A stretch of 20,000 bases of DNA from an uncultured virus (IMG/VR IMGVR_UViG_3300035235_000742) (IMGVR_UViG_3300035235_000742), one strand, 5' to 3'; positions 7,689-16,942 are shown, counted from the stretch's first letter. Translations and numbers: made by a program. The notes: generated by a model from the sequence alone, not told the origin.

Positions 7689-8123
7689 TTATCTTGTTTT
7701 ATCTTTGTTAACATACTCTATAGACTTAGTAATTACTTTAAAACTATATCTATTACTTTTTTCTAATTTTTTAGTAGGCATATCTTCTTCGCCTAACATT
7801 ACTCGGTACATGCGACTTATCAGCTGTTTGCACTTGTATGAAACTTTGTATATATGATATTTTTGAGTAGTGTGGTTTCTTTTTCTCCACACTGTAATCC
7901 ACCCTTGTTTCAATAATCTGTTCCAGCGCCTATTATCCCAGCTGAATGAGTACGTACCTTTTATAAAATCATCTTTAGTAAACATATCTATAGCATCAAG
8001 ATATATTAATAACTCTAATTCTGCATCATTTAAGTTATTAGTTTTACAAGCCCATTTTCTGATTATTCTATAATGCTTAAGTAAACCTAGTTCTTTTAAA
8101 TCACTAGATGTTAACTTTCTCAT
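7689..8123 (-). CDS. Winged-helix (MarR-like) DNA-binding protein
   Basis: LNDAELELLIYL...FTKDDF...WNRLLKQGWITV...YKVSYKCKQL fits a helix-helix-wing pattern. Confidence 0.55.
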   Translation of the reverse strand: MRKLTSSDLKELGLLKHYRIIRKWACKTNNLNDAELELLIYLDAIDMFTKDDFIKGTYSFSWDNRRWNRLLKQGWITVWRKRNHTTQKYHIYKVSYKCKQLISRMYRVMLGEEDMPTKKLEKSNRYSFKVITKSIEYVNKDKTR

Positions 8124-8380
8124 AGTATAACAACTACGTCAAACTCTTTTATAACTTTATATTCTTCTTTATCTATTTCAATGTTAAATCCAGCAGCTTT
8201 GTCATAATAAACTTCATCACCTTTTTTTAACACAGATACTTCAGAGCCAGGTTCTATAACCTTAGCTCTTCTATATCTAACATCTTCTCTTTGCTTTTCA
8301 GCTAAGATTAATCCACCTTTTGTAGTTACGTCAGTTTCTTTAACTGGATCTATAACTATAAACTTACCTACTGCTTTCAT
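8120..8380 (-). CDS. groES: Phage co-chaperonin GroES (Cpn10)
   Basis: Mobile loop TTKGGLIL, VIEPG, LKKGDEVYY, IEIDKEEYKVIKEFDV; coupled to groEL. Confidence 0.92.
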   Translation of the reverse strand: MKAVGKFIVIDPVKETDVTTKGGLILAEKQREDVRYRRAKVIEPGSEVSVLKKGDEVYYDKAAGFNIEIDKEEYKVIKEFDVVVIL

Positions 8381-9924
8381 GCTCTAACGTTATTAATAAC
8401 ACAATCAGTAGATAATATTGTTGTGGCTACTGAGGCTGCGTTCATTAATGCACTTTTAGTAACTAGCAAAGGGTCTATAATTCCGGCTTTTACCATATCA
8501 ACCGTATTTCCTGTAACCACATCTAATCCCGTACCTTTTACTTCTGGTGTTTTATAATCTTCAACGCCAGCATTCTTAAGTATCAATTTATAAGGTTCTT
8601 TAATAGCACAGTAAAGTACTTCTTCGCCTATTGACATTGGTTTTAATTGCTGTGCAGCGTTTAATAAAGCTATACCACCTCCTGGCACTATACCTTCTTT
8701 GATCGCAGCTTTTGTAGCACAAATAGCATCTTCTACTCTATCTCTTTTTTCTTTTAATTCTAACTCTGAATTAGCGCCAACTTTAACAGTTGCAACTTTA
8801 GCTTTTAACTTAGCTAATCGTTTCTCTAGTCTAATTATTATATTAGAGTTTTTAGTTTCTTTAATCTGCTTTTCTAGTAATTTAATTATATCTTTAACAT
8901 CTTTATTACTAGATAAATCAACTTGCATGATAGTATCCTCATGGTTTGTAACAACCTTTAAACAAGTTCCTAGATGTTCTGGATCTATAATATCCATATC
9001 ATCACCTAGATCTTCATTAATAAGTGTAGCACCAGTAACCGCGCATAAATCATTTAGAGTATCCTTCTTACTAATACCATAAACCGGTGCGTCTACAATG
9101 TTGACCTTTATGTTTCCTTTTACTTTATTCATCGAAAGTGCTGAAACAACTTGTGGGTCAACATCTGCTATTATAAGCAAACTCTTACCTGTCTTTATTA
9201 CGTGTTCAAGAACTGACTGAATCTTCCGCACGTTGGGTATTACTGACTCTACAATTAGAATCAACGGATTTTCAAGTTCAGCCGTGCCCTTTTCTTTGTT
9301 GGTAATAAAGTGGTTGTTTTTCAAGGGTTGATCATATTGCACACCTTCTATTAATTCAACTACTGTTTCAGGTTGTTCATTTGTTTCCATCATTACAATA
9401 CCTGTTTCATTTACTAATATAAATGCCTCACCTATAACCTTCCCAAGCTTTTTATCATTATTGGCTGATATTGTAGCCACTTGGTTGATTTTTTTACCTT
9501 TTACTTTCTTTGCTGTCTTTTCTAAATAAGCTATAACTTTCTTAACGCCTGAGTCAATGCCTTCTTTTAATTCTCTTGAAGTATCTAGTTCACTGTGTTT
9601 ATAAGCTTCATCTAAAATAGCTTTTGCTAGTACCGTAGCAGTTGTAGTACCATCACCAGCATCAGCAACTGTTCTTTGTGCTGCTTGCTTTATTAACGTA
9701 GCTCCAATATTTTCTAAAGAATCTTGTAATGTAACTGCATTAGCCACTGTTACTCCGTCTTTTGTTATCATAGGGTTTCCATTGCCATCTTCTAAGATAA
9801 CACATTTACCACTTGCTCCTAAAGTAGATCCAACCGCATTGGTTAGTTTCTCTACCCCAGTTAATATCTGACTTCTGGCAACATCACCAAAAGCCAGATT
9901 TTTAACTAACTTTAATTCTTGCAT
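8377..9924 (-). CDS. groEL: Phage chaperonin GroEL (Cpn60)
   Basis: ITKDGVTVA, AGDGTTTATVLA, VATISANND, KVGANSELELKEKRDRVEDAI, GIVPGGG, GIIDP; 515 aa, no GGM tail. Confidence 0.98.
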   Translation of the reverse strand: MQELKLVKNLAFGDVARSQILTGVEKLTNAVGSTLGASGKCVILEDGNGNPMITKDGVTVANAVTLQDSLENIGATLIKQAAQRTVADAGDGTTTATVLAKAILDEAYKHSELDTSRELKEGIDSGVKKVIAYLEKTAKKVKGKKINQVATISANNDKKLGKVIGEAFILVNETGIVMMETNEQPETVVELIEGVQYDQPLKNNHFITNKEKGTAELENPLILIVESVIPNVRKIQSVLEHVIKTGKSLLIIADVDPQVVSALSMNKVKGNIKVNIVDAPVYGISKKDTLNDLCAVTGATLINEDLGDDMDIIDPEHLGTCLKVVTNHEDTIMQVDLSSNKDVKDIIKLLEKQIKETKNSNIIIRLEKRLAKLKAKVATVKVGANSELELKEKRDRVEDAICATKAAIKEGIVPGGGIALLNAAQQLKPMSIGEEVLYCAIKEPYKLILKNAGVEDYKTPEVKGTGLDVVTGNTVDMVKAGIIDPLLVTKSALMNAASVATTILSTDCVINNVRA

Positions 9925-9954
9925 TTAATTTAATTTAATATAATTGATTTTGAA
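9925..9954 (-). repeat. AAATT/AAATC short repeats before the groEL start
   Basis: Minus strand TTCAAAATCAATTATATTAAATTAAATTAA-ATG; no Shine-Dalgarno. Confidence 0.55.
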
Positions 9955-9956
9955 TA

Positions 9957-10247
9957 CTACTCGAAGGTTTTAATTACTTTCGGTCCTTTGGTAAACTCTA
10001 GCTTTTTAGCATAATGTTCAACAGAAGCATCTATTGCTTGCTCTGCTCCAGCTATTGTTTCTCTTCTGGTAACATCGATCCAGTCATCTGAGTCGATAGA
10101 TTTATATTCGGTTTGTAAAAACCCATTAGGTAGTTGAACTATTCTCCAGTTTTTCTTCTGTGAAATGTGTTTCCAGTACTCAATGGTATCTTCTGTTGGT
10201 TGTGGTGCACTAGACCACGTATTGGTGCGGGTATATAAAAACGTCAT
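9957..10247 (-). CDS. Hypothetical phage protein, first gene of the chaperonin unit
   Basis: 96 aa, NWRIVQLPNGFLQTE...W.DVTRRET. Confidence 0.8.
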   Translation of the reverse strand: MTFLYTRTNTWSSAPQPTEDTIEYWKHISQKKNWRIVQLPNGFLQTEYKSIDSDDWIDVTRRETIAGAEQAIDASVEHYAKKLEFTKGPKVIKTFE

Positions 10248-10272
10248 TGTTTTTGGTTTTAAGTTAAACGTT

Positions 10273-10318
10273 GGTTATTTATATTATCACTTGATAATTC
10301 GGTTATTTATATTGTTAA
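10273..10318 (-). promoter_or_regulatory. Putative promoter with 13-bp direct repeat upstream of the chaperonin unit
   Basis: AATATAAATAACC twice on the minus strand (10273-10285, 10301-10313), overlapping CGA-N8-GTGATAAT, a variant of the 32-bp motif. Confidence 0.5.
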
Positions 10319-10329
10319 TTAATATTTTT

Positions 10330-12681
10330 TTACTCGGTACAATCTTTTGGTAATTCATCACAAGAAGTAAAATTGCCAACTATAGTGTGGTTAAGAGTTG
10401 GTAATTCAATTTTTTCGTCTTGCTGAACGTAGCAGCACTCTTGACCAGTATTACCATTTCTGATTATAGCATAGGGATCTGTAGCTTGCGCAACTGGAAT
10501 ATAAACCGTATTAAGCATAGCATTACAGTCCTCACCATCTGTGCCTTCGCATTTTGTATATTCAGCGCATTGTTGAGCAACTGCTCCTTCAATTGTTATT
10601 AAATCAGTGTTATTAACTACTCCAAATTGGAAACTTAAAAACCTGTATTTAAGACCTATAAAAAATCTTGTTTGTGAATTTGCAGGAAATGTAGGCGGAA
10701 CGCCATTAGTGGCTAAACTTAAATAAACTTTATTACCAAGTGGTTGGTTGTTAGTATTAGAGCCAATTTGCCAAGCTCCATTCATTCCCCCTTGATCTAC
10801 ACCATTTATATTACCTTGATATAATCCACAACTAGCTCCACTTTTTCCTCCTGTAGCTGTAGAGGTTAAAAAGTCATTAGTTATCCTAAAATAACCTTGT
10901 TCGTAGGGACTTGATATAATTTGTCCACTTAAATCGTTAGATGGATATATTACTAAATCCGTATTATCGCCCCAAGTTCCAATACTTGAGTTATTGTTTA
11001 TTTGTCTATAAAACCAAAAATCAGCTAACAAGCATGTTAAGTTGCTTGGTGTATTTACTAAAACTTCCCCAGTTAATGGTGTAGTTCCTAACTGTTCTAA
11101 TGCAGATATTTTAATTTCAAATGTATCATAAATATAGTTATCAACAACTTTTCCAGTACGGCCAAAAGCAGCTGATCTTCTTAAATTATTTGCTTGGTTA
11201 TCTATAGATGTTGGAGAACCTGTTATATTTCCTTGGCCATAAGATCCCATTTTAACATAGCCATTACCTGCTATTGGTGCTCCGGTAGTTGGATCGGTAA
11301 AACCTTGCACAAATAAGTTTTGCTCAGAAGTATGGCCGACATTAATTTCATTACGAACGCGCATTGATCCATTTACATCAAAAGCAGCTCCTGGGCTATT
11401 TGTTCTAAAGCCAACTCTTCTATTCGTAGTGTCCATATATAGAACGCCGTCAGTTGCTGGATTACCTCCAACTTTTATAACTTCAACAAGACCTGCAGTA
11501 GACTCATTAATAGAACTATCACCTAGATCTGAAGTAGTGCTCCATCTAGGTAATCTACCCGCAGTACCTGATCCACCAACTGTTCCGCCACCAACGTCAT
11601 AATTAGTAGTACCTATAGTTATAGTGGTTAAAGCAGTTCCACCAGTTAATGGATTAGCTACTACATTTGTGCCAGGTGCAGTTGACCAATTCACGCCTAA
11701 GCCTGTCGAGGTTAAAACATCGCCACTAGAACCTTGAGCACCGTTTACTTGTAAATTTAGTAGATTAACATTTTCTGCATATAGTTTTTCTACTGAAGTT
11801 CCTTCATATACAAATGGTAATTCTTCTTGGCCAACGCTGGTGGCCGGTGCTATTGTAACAGTACCAGAAGAAACAATTGTATTATTATCATATCCTAATA
11901 AACTATCGTGGAAAACCATCATTGGGACTGCCACGCCTCCAGATCCAAGTGCATTGAGATAAACTTCAAGATAGGTTATATTAGTAGCTGAGTCTGTAGC
12001 AATTCTAGCTTTATCTAAGTATCCATTATTTCCATACTGCTCTAGCTTTAAAGTATTAGTAGAAGCAGGGTCTCCGTAAGTTTTAAAAGCATTAATAACA
12101 TAGGTTGTTGGAGCCACGTTGTTCCCTGTTGTTGAAAGTTTTATAACAGTGCCTCCTCTTGAAGCGCCAGCCCATTCCATTATTCTATACCAACCTAAAA
12201 CTGCAGGAAAAGTAATACCTGTGTTGTTTCCGATGCTTTCTATGCCTCTAGCTGAAAAATCTCCATCTACTTCTAGCTTTTTAGATACAGGAGCTGCTCC
12301 AATACCTATATTGCCACTTGATTCAAGAATAACACTATCAGTTAATTCAGTAGTTGTAGTACCCCATTTAGGTAATGTTCCAACTGTACCTGATCCACCT
12401 ACAGTACCACCTGCGCTTTTTTCAACTAAGTCAGCGTCTGCTATGCCGTCTTCAAACCAATATTCTTTTATTGGTTGTACAGTACCATTAATTGTTAGTA
12501 CAATACCTACTGTTAGACCTTTGTACCTGAAATTATTAATAAGAACAACAAAAACACTATTATTTTTAGCATCTGTTAAAGCTAACGCTGCTGTTGTTCC
12601 GCTGCCATAGTAAGGTCCATATTTAGCATCTCCAGGCTTTGTAGTCTGGGCAAGTATATTGTCACTTAAGTTTATTGCCAT
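10330..12681 (-). CDS. Tail-fibre-like structural protein (783 aa)
   Basis: G/T-rich; duplicated GGTVGGSGT.G.LP.W...DS.I.ES; GNIGIG...KLEVDG and RVGF...FDVNG fibre repeats; Cys-rich C-terminus; N-terminus paralogous to 12707-14359. Confidence 0.8.
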   Translation of the reverse strand: MAINLSDNILAQTTKPGDAKYGPYYGSGTTAALALTDAKNNSVFVVLINNFRYKGLTVGIVLTINGTVQPIKEYWFEDGIADADLVEKSAGGTVGGSGTVGTLPKWGTTTTELTDSVILESSGNIGIGAAPVSKKLEVDGDFSARGIESIGNNTGITFPAVLGWYRIMEWAGASRGGTVIKLSTTGNNVAPTTYVINAFKTYGDPASTNTLKLEQYGNNGYLDKARIATDSATNITYLEVYLNALGSGGVAVPMMVFHDSLLGYDNNTIVSSGTVTIAPATSVGQEELPFVYEGTSVEKLYAENVNLLNLQVNGAQGSSGDVLTSTGLGVNWSTAPGTNVVANPLTGGTALTTITIGTTNYDVGGGTVGGSGTAGRLPRWSTTSDLGDSSINESTAGLVEVIKVGGNPATDGVLYMDTTNRRVGFRTNSPGAAFDVNGSMRVRNEINVGHTSEQNLFVQGFTDPTTGAPIAGNGYVKMGSYGQGNITGSPTSIDNQANNLRRSAAFGRTGKVVDNYIYDTFEIKISALEQLGTTPLTGEVLVNTPSNLTCLLADFWFYRQINNNSSIGTWGDNTDLVIYPSNDLSGQIISSPYEQGYFRITNDFLTSTATGGKSGASCGLYQGNINGVDQGGMNGAWQIGSNTNNQPLGNKVYLSLATNGVPPTFPANSQTRFFIGLKYRFLSFQFGVVNNTDLITIEGAVAQQCAEYTKCEGTDGEDCNAMLNTVYIPVAQATDPYAIIRNGNTGQECCYVQQDEKIELPTLNHTIVGNFTSCDELPKDCTE

Positions 12682-12706
12682 ATTATTATAATAAGGTTTT
12701 TATTTA

Positions 12707-14359
12707 TTAAGGCAGTGCAGTTCTTATCAGTGTGTTTGTTCCTAGTCCTGAAGCAGAAGGGGTTATATAAATTTTATAATCTATAGAGCTCCAGCCTGGA
12801 GAAATACCTGTGCTAGATACTGCTGCTGTTACGCCTGCGTTAAAAGCATCTGGTGGATTTGTAGATTGACCAATGCCACCATTGTTTAAACCGGTAACAA
12901 ACCAAGATCGTTTATCAGCATAAAAAGCTGGTATAGCAAAATAATGAAATTCTGTAGCAGTACCAAAGTTCATTGATATAGAACTAGCTCCACCATTTGT
13001 TATTACTTTTGTACCTGCGTTTCCTGCGCTTATTAAAGAAGCTACTCCTGATATTGTAAACAATGTTGAGCCTGAACCATAAAATATAGGATAATAAGCT
13101 GCTATTGTGATGGTGTTTGAAGTTTTTGTTGAAGCAGCTTGTGGTGCATTTACTCCACTCCCAAAAGATCTAGTATCATTATTACCTGCACTATTCAACT
13201 TTACCTGACCTTGGCTATTATCTGCTGTAGATTTAAATGTTAAACTTGTTGAAGTATTACTACCGCTTGGTGCTGGTAATGCAATGCTATCAGTATAAGA
13301 AGAAGTATATCTTTCATTTGGAGCATTTGGAGAAGTAAAACCAAATTCTGGATTGTAAGTTATACCACCAGTTTGAACAGGAGTTCCAATACCAGTAAAT
13401 TCAGTAGTTGATGTTCCGTTTAATGTTTTAATAATTCTTATTTCAGTAAAAGCACCTCCATCTTGAGTATTAGCAGTTGCTGTTACAGTAGGAGCTATAG
13501 TACTTCCTATTTCAAAAGTTGTACCAATATTATCAGCTGTAGATAAATTAGCAGCGCTATATCTAGGTAATTGAGTAGGGAATAATATTTTATTTAATAC
13601 ATCTACTAGTGAGTCTCCTGCAAACGCAGAAACTGGAGTATTTGCTGCAACACCACCAACAGCTACACTTAGTTGAGTAGAAGATAACTGAGTATCATAT
13701 ATTGTATCTAAACTAATTTGAGTCGGCATTAAAGATCCATCACTAAAATCAGCAGCGTCTAATGTTACTACTAAATTAACTGTTGATCCAGCTAATTGAG
13801 CTGAAGAAACAACTAAAGTATCACCAGCTGCATAACCTGCACCTGCGGTTGTTATAGTTACGGAGCTAACTGTTCCACCTGATACAATGGCAGAAACCAC
13901 AGCGGCAGCAGTAGGAGACCCACTTGAAGTAGTTGTTAATCCTGTGTAAGTACCATCAGTTGTTATGCCTGTAGGGTTTGTTGTTATAGTAGTCAAAGGT
14001 TTTCCTTGAGCTATTAAACCTTTACCAGCAACAGAATTGACATCGATCTTTGAAACAGCAGTAGATACCGAAGTTCCAGTTTGTAGTATTTCAATAGCTC
14101 CACCTTGGCTTGACGAAGTCTTTTCTTCAAGATCATAATCTTGAATACCATCTTTAAACCACCACTCTTGCACGTATGCTGGGGAATTTGAAGTATCTAC
14201 TAATCCTACAGTAAGCCCCTGGTATCTGAAGTTTGCTATATTAAGACTTAATGCATTTGCTTTTGCAGTAGCTAGTGAAGATGCCGAAAATGGACCATAC
14301 TTAGCATCTGCTGGTTTTGTTGTTTGTGCTAATATATTATCACTTAAATTTATTGCCAT
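12707..14359 (-). CDS. Modular structural/fibre protein (550 aa)
   Basis: S/T/G-rich, VSSVTITTAGAGY module; N-terminus shared with 10330-12681, C-terminal half shared with 14381-15796. Confidence 0.8.
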   Translation of the reverse strand: MAINLSDNILAQTTKPADAKYGPFSASSLATAKANALSLNIANFRYQGLTVGLVDTSNSPAYVQEWWFKDGIQDYDLEEKTSSSQGGAIEILQTGTSVSTAVSKIDVNSVAGKGLIAQGKPLTTITTNPTGITTDGTYTGLTTTSSGSPTAAAVVSAIVSGGTVSSVTITTAGAGYAAGDTLVVSSAQLAGSTVNLVVTLDAADFSDGSLMPTQISLDTIYDTQLSSTQLSVAVGGVAANTPVSAFAGDSLVDVLNKILFPTQLPRYSAANLSTADNIGTTFEIGSTIAPTVTATANTQDGGAFTEIRIIKTLNGTSTTEFTGIGTPVQTGGITYNPEFGFTSPNAPNERYTSSYTDSIALPAPSGSNTSTSLTFKSTADNSQGQVKLNSAGNNDTRSFGSGVNAPQAASTKTSNTITIAAYYPIFYGSGSTLFTISGVASLISAGNAGTKVITNGGASSISMNFGTATEFHYFAIPAFYADKRSWFVTGLNNGGIGQSTNPPDAFNAGVTAAVSSTGISPGWSSIDYKIYITPSASGLGTNTLIRTALP

Positions 14360-14380
14360 TTTATGTTAAATTATTTTTTG

Positions 14381-15796
14381 TTATTGTTTTATTATTGTTG
14401 TGGCGCCTACAGAAACATTTGGAGCTACGTATATCTTATAATCTATATTTGACCAAAATCCTGGCAATGAGCTTACTGCCAAGGTTATTCCGGCGTTAAA
14501 TAAGTTTGCTGCAGGATCTCCTGGTGAGAAACTTCCCCCTATATCTCCAGCATTAAGAGTTGTTTTAAACCAGCTTGTTTTGTCTGGAACTTTATCGTAG
14601 AAAGCAAAATAAAAATAACCACCAAAATTATTTGTAAATGGTATTGATATATCACCAACGCTATTTGCTACAACTTTATTCAAAGAACTAGTATTAGCTG
14701 CCCAAGCATTTATTAAAGCTTGAACCGCTGATGGGCTCTGATAAGTTGCCGATTGACCATAAAAATAAGGGTAATACCCTGTAACAGTTCTTGTGGCTGA
14801 CGAAAAATTATTTCTTGCCGCTTGTGGTTTGTTAACACCATTACCTGGCGTTCTAGTATCATCTACACCTTTACTGTCTTTCTTTGCGAGTCCTTCGTCA
14901 TAGTCACCTTTAGAAGTATAACTTACAGTTGAGGATGTGTTATTGCCAGTAGGAGCTGGCATTGTAAAAGTGTCAGAATAGTTTTCAGAGTAAGACTGAT
15001 TAGCCCTGTTGGGTGATGCAAACGTAAACTGAGGATCAAATGCTTGCATTAAACCTGCGTTTACTATTGTCCCAGCTGGATTACTAACAGATGCTAGTTC
15101 AGTACCATCTCTAGAAACTTGTAACCTAGTGTAAACTCCCGCATCATTTTTAATAGCTCCATAAACTAAATTAACACCAACACCAACACCAACTTCTTTA
15201 GCGGGTATACTTGTTGGACTTAAACTTCTTGTGCTTATACTGTAGTCGGGTAGTACTGTTGGGAATAATAATGTATCCCACATTAATGAGTTTGTATTTT
15301 CATTTATAGAAGATAATAGAGTATTAGCTTCAAAACCACCTACTTTTTCAACTGTTGCAGGATCTCCTGTCAATGTTGATTCATATACTATATTTATATT
15401 AGCCGTTGTAGCTGTAACTGGGTCTTGCTCTACTTTAACACCGTTTTGGTAGTTTATAGTATTAGCAGGGTCTACAGTGTCTACTGTATTCTTTTGTAAT
15501 GACACACCGCCACCACCACCATCGATGTATTCCAACGCGTCTTCAGCTTGATTAACAGCTAAAACTTGACCTGCTGTTCCAAACCCGCTTATCCCAGTTA
15601 ATTGTATGCTATTTCCAGTTCCTAAAGATATAGGCTCTATAGTAGTTATGTTCGATTGAACATACTTCATTAATTGATCTAAGTCAGTAGTTTTTGTTTT
15701 AAAATTAGGATCACTACTTAGCGCATCTGATAGTACTATCTCATCTTTTTTATCTAATGGAGCTTTCTTAAAAGGGTAAGTTGTTATTATTGGCAT
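14381..15796 (-). CDS. Modular structural/fibre protein (471 aa)
   Basis: MPIITTYP anchor-like N-terminus, GTAGQVLAVN fibre motif, GGGGG hinge, C-terminal region paralogous to 12707-14359. Confidence 0.8.
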   Translation of the reverse strand: MPIITTYPFKKAPLDKKDEIVLSDALSSDPNFKTKTTDLDQLMKYVQSNITTIEPISLGTGNSIQLTGISGFGTAGQVLAVNQAEDALEYIDGGGGGVSLQKNTVDTVDPANTINYQNGVKVEQDPVTATTANINIVYESTLTGDPATVEKVGGFEANTLLSSINENTNSLMWDTLLFPTVLPDYSISTRSLSPTSIPAKEVGVGVGVNLVYGAIKNDAGVYTRLQVSRDGTELASVSNPAGTIVNAGLMQAFDPQFTFASPNRANQSYSENYSDTFTMPAPTGNNTSSTVSYTSKGDYDEGLAKKDSKGVDDTRTPGNGVNKPQAARNNFSSATRTVTGYYPYFYGQSATYQSPSAVQALINAWAANTSSLNKVVANSVGDISIPFTNNFGGYFYFAFYDKVPDKTSWFKTTLNAGDIGGSFSPGDPAANLFNAGITLAVSSLPGFWSNIDYKIYVAPNVSVGATTIIKQ

Positions 15797-16822
15797 TTAT
15801 CTAGTTTTAATCTTGCCTAATGGTATTTTTAAAGAAATTTTATTTTCTTTTGACGTACCAGTGGTTCCAACTGTACCTAGTCCATACCCTTCGGCCATGC
15901 TCATGTTTTTAGATCGTGAATAGTTTAAAGATATTCCAGATTTCTTATGTTTAACACCTACGTTAAATCCTGTAGTAAGTAAAGAGTTAGAAGATCCTGT
16001 TAAATGTTCTGGATTAATTCTATCAGGTCCTGCAAAATCACTACTACGTGATGGTTTGTTCCCAAGCGTTCTAGACATTGAACCTGTTACTCCAATATTA
16101 GCAGAAAGAGGTTTATTTTTTAATTTTTTAATATTATCTGTACCTATAGAAGAATTTAAACTTAATTTAGCGTATGGTTTTATTTTCTTTGTTCTTAAAT
16201 TATTAAAGTTTAATCCACCTTCTATACTTAAGTTGTTATTAAGAGCATAATTTTTGTTTGATCTATTACCAGCACTTCTAGTTCCAAAAGATTGTTTAAA
16301 ACCTGCGTTAAAATTAAGTCCAGTTACTTTTTTATCAAATTTACCACCTGAAGAAAGTTCTGAACCAGTGGTTAATCCACCAGTATTTGGATCAAAAACC
16401 CCTTTTGTGTTGGGTACGTATGATGCTTTTGATCTAAGTAGTGAGTTTGGAGCTATAGTAAGGTCCGATACTATGTTAATTGGTCTATTACCACTTTTGT
16501 CTTTAGATGTTTTTAAATTACCTCTTGGTATATTTACCTTTATGTTAGTTCTATTAGTATTCATGATACCAAGGTTGCCTTTTTCTTTAGCACCTTCAAA
16601 AGACGGTGTCATATTCAACTTATCAAATGGATCTGTGCTTGAACCTTCCCACCCAGCGTTGCCTGTCTCAGCAATAACTCTTTCACTTAGTGGTGTAAAA
16701 CCTGAATTAGTACCACCTGACTGTTTAGAAACCTCAATAGTTGGCGTATCTATTAAATGCTTAGCGCGCTTCCTCCCTCTTCTTCTCTTCTGTATAGGAT
16801 TTTGTTTCTGATCTTGTACCAT
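15797..16822 (-). CDS. Hypothetical protein with amphipathic beta-strand (barrel-like) C-terminal region
   Basis: Basic N-terminus KRRRGRKRAK, no signal peptide; alternating-hydrophobic strands such as LNFNAGFK, LSIEGGLNFN, YAKLSLN, GFNVGVK, ISLNYSR, ISLKIPL. Confidence 0.65.
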   Translation of the reverse strand: MVQDQKQNPIQKRRRGRKRAKHLIDTPTIEVSKQSGGTNSGFTPLSERVIAETGNAGWEGSSTDPFDKLNMTPSFEGAKEKGNLGIMNTNRTNIKVNIPRGNLKTSKDKSGNRPINIVSDLTIAPNSLLRSKASYVPNTKGVFDPNTGGLTTGSELSSGGKFDKKVTGLNFNAGFKQSFGTRSAGNRSNKNYALNNNLSIEGGLNFNNLRTKKIKPYAKLSLNSSIGTDNIKKLKNKPLSANIGVTGSMSRTLGNKPSRSSDFAGPDRINPEHLTGSSNSLLTTGFNVGVKHKKSGISLNYSRSKNMSMAEGYGLGTVGTTGTSKENKISLKIPLGKIKTR

Positions 16823-16850
16823 AATTAGTTTTTTAGTCTTAATATAAGAT

Positions 16851-16876
16851 ATTACATGCGTTTACTCGTTTTTACC
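16851..16876 (-). promoter_or_regulatory. Putative promoter of the late block
   Basis: Minus strand GGTAAAAACGA-GTAAACGC-ATGTAAT has the same ACGA-N8-nnnTAAT spacing as the 32-bp motif; 28 nt before ATG 16822. Confidence 0.45.
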
Positions 16877-16898
16877 TATTAGTATATAATATAAAAGG

Positions 16899-16942
16899 TG
16901 ACATTAGCCCCTTACTATTCTAGATCTAAGGGCCTATTGTCA
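16899..16942. repeat. 16-bp imperfect inverted repeat in the divergent intergenic region
   Basis: TGACATTAGCCCCTTA (16899-16914), 12-nt spacer, TAAGGGCCTATTGTCA (16927-16942); 14/16 complementary. Confidence 0.85.

Noticed and set aside
8120..9924. Host chromosomal groESL operon
   Set aside because: Reversed gene order, divergent motifs, no GGM tail, and embedded among phage structural and lysis genes.
14360..14380. Stop-codon readthrough fusing the 471-aa and 550-aa proteins
   Set aside because: They are in frame, but the 21-nt spacer has a second in-frame TAA, and the equivalent junction at 12682-12706 is out of frame.
10330..15796. Diversity-generating retroelement acting on fibre genes
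   Set aside because: No reverse transcriptase in the window and no near-identical repeat pair differing only at adenines; the paralogy is old and mostly protein-level.
112..16811. Plus-strand ORFs in the track (112, 3580, 4719, 6224, 6506, 7870, 8699, 10165, 10420, 12119, 14317, 16056, 16254)
   Set aside because: Antisense shadows of well-supported, tightly coupled minus-strand genes; their F/L/S-rich composition is what the reverse of K/E-rich genes gives.
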